From Antedon mediterranea (taxonomy: Eukaryota > Animalia > Echinodermata), in assembly GCF_964355755.1 (NCBI RefSeq), contig NC_092675.1, positions 31,468,912-31,532,911 on the forward strand: a stretch of DNA of 64,000 nt, given 5' to 3'. Positions 57,627 through 64,000 of this stretch are shown here, in pieces. How positions within the stretch are numbered: position 1 is the first letter of the stretch; the number at the start of each line of letters is the position of its first letter. The notes beneath the pieces are model-generated. The model saw only the letters and a list, made by a program, of their open reading frames with translations. It ran no database searches and was not told the origin of the DNA. The position numbers and the translations under genes were made by a program.

Positions 57627-60600
57627 TTATTCCAGATTGCTTACTTTATTACTGTCAGCTAATATTGCTTGTGGGATATCAATAATCTAAAATAAACAAT
57701 GAAAGTGATTTTAAAAGAAGTTCTGATAAGAATGAGAAATAGAAGTAAACTTATGGAGAATAAAAGGTGAATCTAAAGAGATAGGTGTGTCAGTACAGTA
57801 GTTAGTAAGAAGATAATTAGAATTTGGTATAGTATTAATGGTAATATTCTGTACACTTACGGAATCAAATTTTACTTCTTGAAAGAGTTCTTGAATGAAT
57901 CTTCTGGCAGAGAGACGGAAAGTATGGGTTGCTAATGTGTGGCAGACATCTGAATAAAGGCAAATGTCTTCAAAAATATGTGGGAACTTCTCTTTTAAAC
58001 TAAAAAATATATATATAGAATAACTTGTCAGTTACCAAATCAAATAAGAAAAATACACTTGTAATATTTAGGTATTGTTATAATAAATAAATAATAATTA
58101 CTTTAATAGACCCTGTTCTTGGGCTTTCCTTCTTACTGAGCTGCACATATTGCTAATAAACTGCATTAGTTCCTTTCTTAATAGTTGATAACCATGATTT
58201 GAATTGTATGATGTGAACTTAGATGAGCTAAGACGTGAAAAGTTACTGACATCGCTTGATGGACTCATAGAAAATTCTCCCTTTTCCATTGAATTCTCAA
58301 CTTGAAGATTGTCCAATTTTATGTCCAATGGTTCACATTCACTAACAGATCGTAATCTTCCATAATCTGAAATAATATAGCAATAATGTTTTGCAAATGT
58401 TTTATACATCAGCTTTCAAATAAAAATACATAGTTCTATTTGAACAATAAATCTAAAAATTACAAATTTAAGAAAAGTAGATAATTTTGTAATTAGAAAT
58501 AATGATGGAATCTAATTACATATCATTTTTTGGTAGCATTCGATACAAATTTATATTTAAATATTTGATATAATAAACTTTTAAAACATAAAAAATAGTT
58601 ATATTTTAAAACAGACATGCATTCAAAGACATATTTTACCATTTTCTTCATCTGTATCATCTTTAGAGCAACGGAAACAAAACTGCCTTAAATGGATATC
58701 ATCATCTGTCTGCTGTGAGTTATATTTGTCTCTTTGTAAACTGTTTCGTGTAACGTGACCAATAGATTGATAAGACTCCGGTAAACTAGATTCTTGTGGT
58801 GATAATGGTAACAAGGTTGGGAATGAAGTACTTAGGTTCTTGTGTTTTGTAAAGCGTACATTATCAACACAAGTTACTTGTAGCTGCTGGGACTGGCAGT
58901 TTTCAACTAACTTAAAGAAATTTTGACGGTATAACGATTCATCATCCTGAAAACAAATTATCTAATGTCAGAATAGTTACTTTCCATACATGGTTATCTT
59001 AATGATGGAAGACATGTTTATATCTAATACATTTATTATGCGTTAATCATATAATGTCATTGAAATTCCTACACGCAAGTTTGTATATAATTGAGACACA
59101 TATAAATGTTTGCTCATTTAAAACTGAAAGCACCCTACAAACCCACACATGTAGTACAGGCATTAACAAAGACATGTTAACATACTTACATGAAAAATAA
59201 GATGGACATCTACAGGTAAGCAGAGACCCATGTACCCACCAACAGCAGATGTAATTCTTTGATTAGCTTTGGGCGATGGTATACATGGCATGCTATTGCT
59301 GATGAAACCCGTTAAAGATCCAGAACTTCTGCTTCTAAAATAGATGAATTGATATTGGCATTATTCATAAATAAGACTGAATTTATGTTTTTTTTCCAAC
59401 TCTGTTATTTTCACTGTTGAGTGGTGGTGAAATAAAAAGTGGAAATATTGGCGGTACAGTATTTTGAAATACTGTAGGTCTTTAGCAACTTCTTTCTTAT
59501 TTATTTTGTTTATTTAAATGGTACAAAATTCTTTATATTAGGAAATATTACCACCACATATTACAACATAATAACTACATGCAGGAATATAATGTATTGT
59601 ATACTAAACTTACAAAGGAAATTTAGAATTGGTTAAATGATCATCTTGGAAAGTGTTTATAAGGCCACAATCATCCACAGACAGTCTTCTGTGTAACTGA
59701 AGAGCACGCAAGGCTGCATACCCATTAGCATCCCGCCTACTAGTAAATACTGCATTAGTTTCAAACGTTCCACCAGAGTTCTTTCCAAAACTTCTTGGAA
59801 GAGTCCTTGAAACTCTTTGTGTAAAGCTAGGAGTTCGATGTAAGTTATATTGTCTCCTTGTAGCATCCGAAGAATGTACAGTTTTAACAGTTTGTCCACT
59901 CATGACTGTACTTAGACTAGTCATGGATGAGTCATGGTGAGGACTTGATGGGTGTGATAACATTGAACTTACTCCACTTGTTTGTGTTGTGTCAGTTGTA
60001 AAGCTTTCACTTCTACTTTTGGAACCAGCACTTCCACGACCAGAACTTTCATTACTATTGCTTCTAAATTTTAGACTTTGACTGCGATCTCTGGCAGTAT
60101 TTGCTGGAGGTGGATAAGCAGAGTCTGTGAGGGTTCTTGGTTTGGTTTGTATGCTATGTTGGGAATGTGAATTAGTTATTACGTTCCTTGACCTGGCTTT
60201 ACTGTCACTATTACTTCGTATCTTTTGCAACGGACTCTTTAATAAAGAGTCATCATTTCCTTCCATTGAAGGCATTGTTTTAACTCGTCTCAAATCATTT
60301 GTCCTTGGAATACGTCTGTCTTGATTAGCTGCAATTTCTCTGCGAATACCAGAATTACATTTGCTATAACCATCTGTGTCTGCTGCTTGATAAAGTGGAA
60401 ATCCAATCTTATCTTTGTTTTTTGACCTTACTGAACTTTCAAGATGAGGAGCTTTTTGTGCTCCAGTAGCCAGTTTATGTTCTCCTTTATCATCAATGCT
60501 TAAAAAGAAGGTAGACTTTGGACTAACAGCAACATTGTCACCGGTAACAAAAAACAAGCTTTCAGGCTCTTGGTTAACAATTGATTCATCAAATTGATAT

Positions 60601-63600
60601 GGAGAAGGACTGTTAGTTCTTGTACTGACACTATCAAAACTTGACATTGATGTACTCTCTACAAGTTCTTTTTCACTGAAGATACCTTCTTGCTCTTCTA
60701 CCACAGGCCACTGTTCATTTCTACTATGTCGAATGCTTTCCCATCCCAATTTACTGAGTATGCCAGAACCTTGCTTAGTCTTTGCTAAAAGGCCCAGCAC
60801 ATTGAAACATGTCCTAAAAATAAATGTGTTTTTAAAATAAAGTTTAATAATACGGTAAACATTTGACAACTAGCACATAACTTTGCAATTAGCTGTTTTA
60901 TACACCTGTATGATAGAAACAATGTCACATTTGACACTGTACTGTATATACACCATGATGTTGAAAACTGAAAATAATGTATAACCAGATTGTGATATTT
61001 AATGTTGTTTAACTGTTTTTTAACATAGTGTTTATTGTTTGTCGTATCATATCGTGTATGACACTGTATCACAGGAATTACTTATAATACTGCATAAATT
61101 ATGTTTTATACTGTAGCGTGAGAATTATGTGAAATGAAAAAAAAGTAATTTCCAGTAATTCCTTGGTATAAGGTATCATTTGAAAGATTTGAAAAATGTC
61201 CAGCGAGACAAAGACAATCTTTGTCTATTTTACTTACCCCCTGACTGAAAAAACCTCACACTCTTCAGCAAGGCGGATGATGTCTGGAATGATTTCTTCT
61301 CTTTCAAGTAGTTTTAACCCCCAATTGCTACTTCCAATATGACCCTGGTAAAATACCAATCTCAAATCATTTAATTAAAGACCACTGACAACTGTTTTAT
61401 CATTTTAACTTATTTTTAAAGTTTATTCCTTTTCAAAATAAACAAATTTAGAACGGTCTACAATAAAAATGTTTTAAAACTTACCACGGCCCAGAGGGCA
61501 GCCTTCAAGGTAAGAACTCCATCACACGTCACCATGTCAGGACAGTGAATTGTGCGACAAAATTGACTTAGATAATCCTAAGAAAAAAACACCCCAAATT
61601 AGTGGATATTGATTTAAGATGATGGAATTATAACATGAACAGCACAAAAAGAAAACTGTGATTATGAAATAAAATAAAACAACAGAAAATGAGTAGATAT
61701 GAAATAAAGCACAAACCTCTTCATCTATAAGATCAGCTCCACCTTTGTGTTGAACAAGCTGTCCATATAAATGCGCAGGAACAAACACATCTTTGTTCTT
61801 TCGGTCATCACGACTTCTTCTAACAAATGCTCCTTCATACATTGGTTTAATATAACTTGTAAAAGCTTCATTCATTTGTGTTTCAACAAGAACTACATAA
61901 CGTTTGTTGAAACTGTTGAACCACTTCTGAAGCTCATGGTTAACAAAGTTAACTTCAGATAGGTATCTAAAACCTGTTGTTGTAGATAGGAACCTAGAAA
62001 ACAGTATCTAACAATTAATAATGCATTTACATGGCCAAAATAAGTAGTAGCACTATATGTGTTCTATACAGTTTGTGTTTGTTTTATTGAATAAAAGTGA
62101 TTGAAATAAAAATAACAAGTTTTTCTTTGTATAACAGATATTTATTCTTTTGTTCAGGTTTGCTGCATCTCTGTAACAGTTATATTTTAATTTACATAAG
62201 TTTGTTGAATTCAAGCAATAACAAAATGGATAAATTAAAAGTATAATGAAATACCTTGTTAGTAATATAGCTCCTCTATCTCCCATATGCAATACAGTTG
62301 GTCTTATTTGTACAAGACTATGTAAATTAGCTTCATCCTCACATGCTTCATCAATTATATCCACAGATTCCAAAGCTATTGCTTTGTTTTTATCATACAA
62401 TTGCATGACTAGTAACTCCATACCCCAGTTGTGAAAATATGGTATTCTTGCTCTTAAAAGGACACGTAGGTGGCTTGTTGTGTACAACCTTACAGCCTAA
62501 TTAAATAAATTGATTAATAATCATTAAATGTTTACAGTGTGTTGGTTAGTCCGATGTTCATTTTTGTGCTAATAAAAACTTCTGAAACTTTGTATCTAAA
62601 AAATGGATTAAGTTAATTTCAATATTACTAATACATTAAATATACATCTTATGTAATTTAATAAAATACATACATCTACAGATGAAGAGAGCATTTTTGT
62701 GAGGATCACTCTAGCCAGGCCATCTCTCTTGTAATCCAAACATGTTATAATAAGCCGCAACAAACTGTCATGATGTGACAATGTACACAAATCTAAAAAG
62801 CTAAATTTTGAAGAAATTACCAACTTGGTGAATTAATTGAACATACTCTATTTGTTAATGGATAACAACAATAACATTTGTGTATAAAAAATTATATTAT
62901 ATCAATAAAATTACATTTGAAATATAAATATATTACTAAACAGAACAAATGTGTACATACTATTGGAATGCACCATGTTTTTCAAGGATTTTCTCTCCTT
63001 GCAAACTGCCAGAAAGTGTTCCAAGAAAAAGCATATAATCCTGACTTAACGTTGTGTGTAGACTATGAGGACTAAAAACAGCCTGACCTGATACACTGTT
63101 AGTAGGAGATAAAAGTATCTCCCCAATACAATCCACAATGTCTTCTACTAGTTCTGATAAAATACGCTGGCATTCAGGCTACAGAAAAACACAATTACAT
63201 TACGATTATTACAGAATAAAATTAATACAAATGTTTTTGAACTTCTGTTCAATAATAATGCTGTAAAAATATTTGAAAAATTAATCTATAATATAGCATT
63301 GTTTAGTATTACAGTAAAATCTCCCAATATCAAACTCATTGAAAACCGGAACATTTTTACAAAACCAGATTTTTTGGGTTGACTGATTATTATTATTATT
63401 TAAATCTTATAAATATTACCTCTATAGAGCAAACAAGGAAGTGGACAAATTGAATGCCAACTACAGTATACTGTTGCAGTTCTTGTGACCTCACTTTTAT
63501 TTTGTCTAGAGGTTTACGACAGAATAAATTACTTTGGGGTCTGTAGAAGTAAGCAATATTCCTGAGAAATCTGAAACAGAAATACACGGAATTTAAAACA

Positions 63601-64000
63601 AATTGGTTTCAGCAAACGATCCACCAATGAGGCCAATTTAACAAAGAATTTACAATTAAATTTACAATTACAATATAGATTTTCGTCATCACAAACAAAA
63701 GTATTGGCTGGCCAAATGGCTTGCACAAATTCTGCATTATTAATTGTGTTTCAGACCAAACTGATATAAAAACAGCATGAATCAATGACTTTTAGTTGCT
63801 AAAAAAACTTACTTAACAACATTTGCATCTTCTGACTTTGAAAGAACAAGACTTGACCACTGAAAGAAAGATGATAAAATGAAGTTATCAGCAAGTGCTG
63901 TTGGTGCAAATAATTGTTAAACCGTATAATGTATCTTTATAGTGTTAATATAGATACTGATGATTACCTTAAATATTGTGCTTAATAAATCCCAATTCCA
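57627..64000 (-). CDS. RICTOR: Rapamycin-insensitive companion of mTOR (3' portion; the gene extends beyond the window)
   Basis: RLYTTSHLRVLLRARIPYFHNWGMELLVMQLYDK; VPAHLYGQLVQHKGG; LKAALWAVGHIGSSNWG; CEVFSVRGTCFNVLGLLAKTKQG; FTSRRDANGYAALR; KEKFPHIFEDICLYSDVCHTL...FRLSARRFIQELFQEV; last exon 57627-57686. Confidence 0.96.

Noticed and set aside
60906-60967. Possible extra RICTOR cassette exon
   Set aside because: The donor is weak (GTGTAT), there is an in-frame stop, and the flanking exons join to give the conserved SVRGTCF.

Overview
This is AT-rich, intron-containing animal genomic DNA, probably from a marine invertebrate; a deuterostome such as an echinoderm is a guess. It is not prokaryotic. 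Nine spliced protein-coding genes can be assembled by hand from GT-AG exons: AMPK alpha (-), ARMC7 (+), RPL37 (-), FBXO4 (+), SPTLC1 (-), GPX7/8 (-), CDC20 (+), a FREM1-like ECM gene (-) and the 3' part of RICTOR (-). Three pairs are head-to-head. Introns carry a 5'-truncated Penelope-like retroelement with hammerhead-ribozyme motifs, a Nin/Deu-type SINE, many non-autonomous DNA transposons (several nested) and several minisatellites. Three patterns stand out. First, local tandem duplications repeatedly copy splice sites, creating decoy acceptors or donors, some of the AG|GT recursive-splicing/intron-gain type. Second, the gene neighbourhood mirrors human 5p13/5q11 (PRKAA1, RPL37, FBXO4, RICTOR; GPX8, CDC20B). 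Third, TAGGCCTA/CTAG clusters lie just downstream of nearly every promoter. Exon coordinates were read manually and may be off by a few bases.
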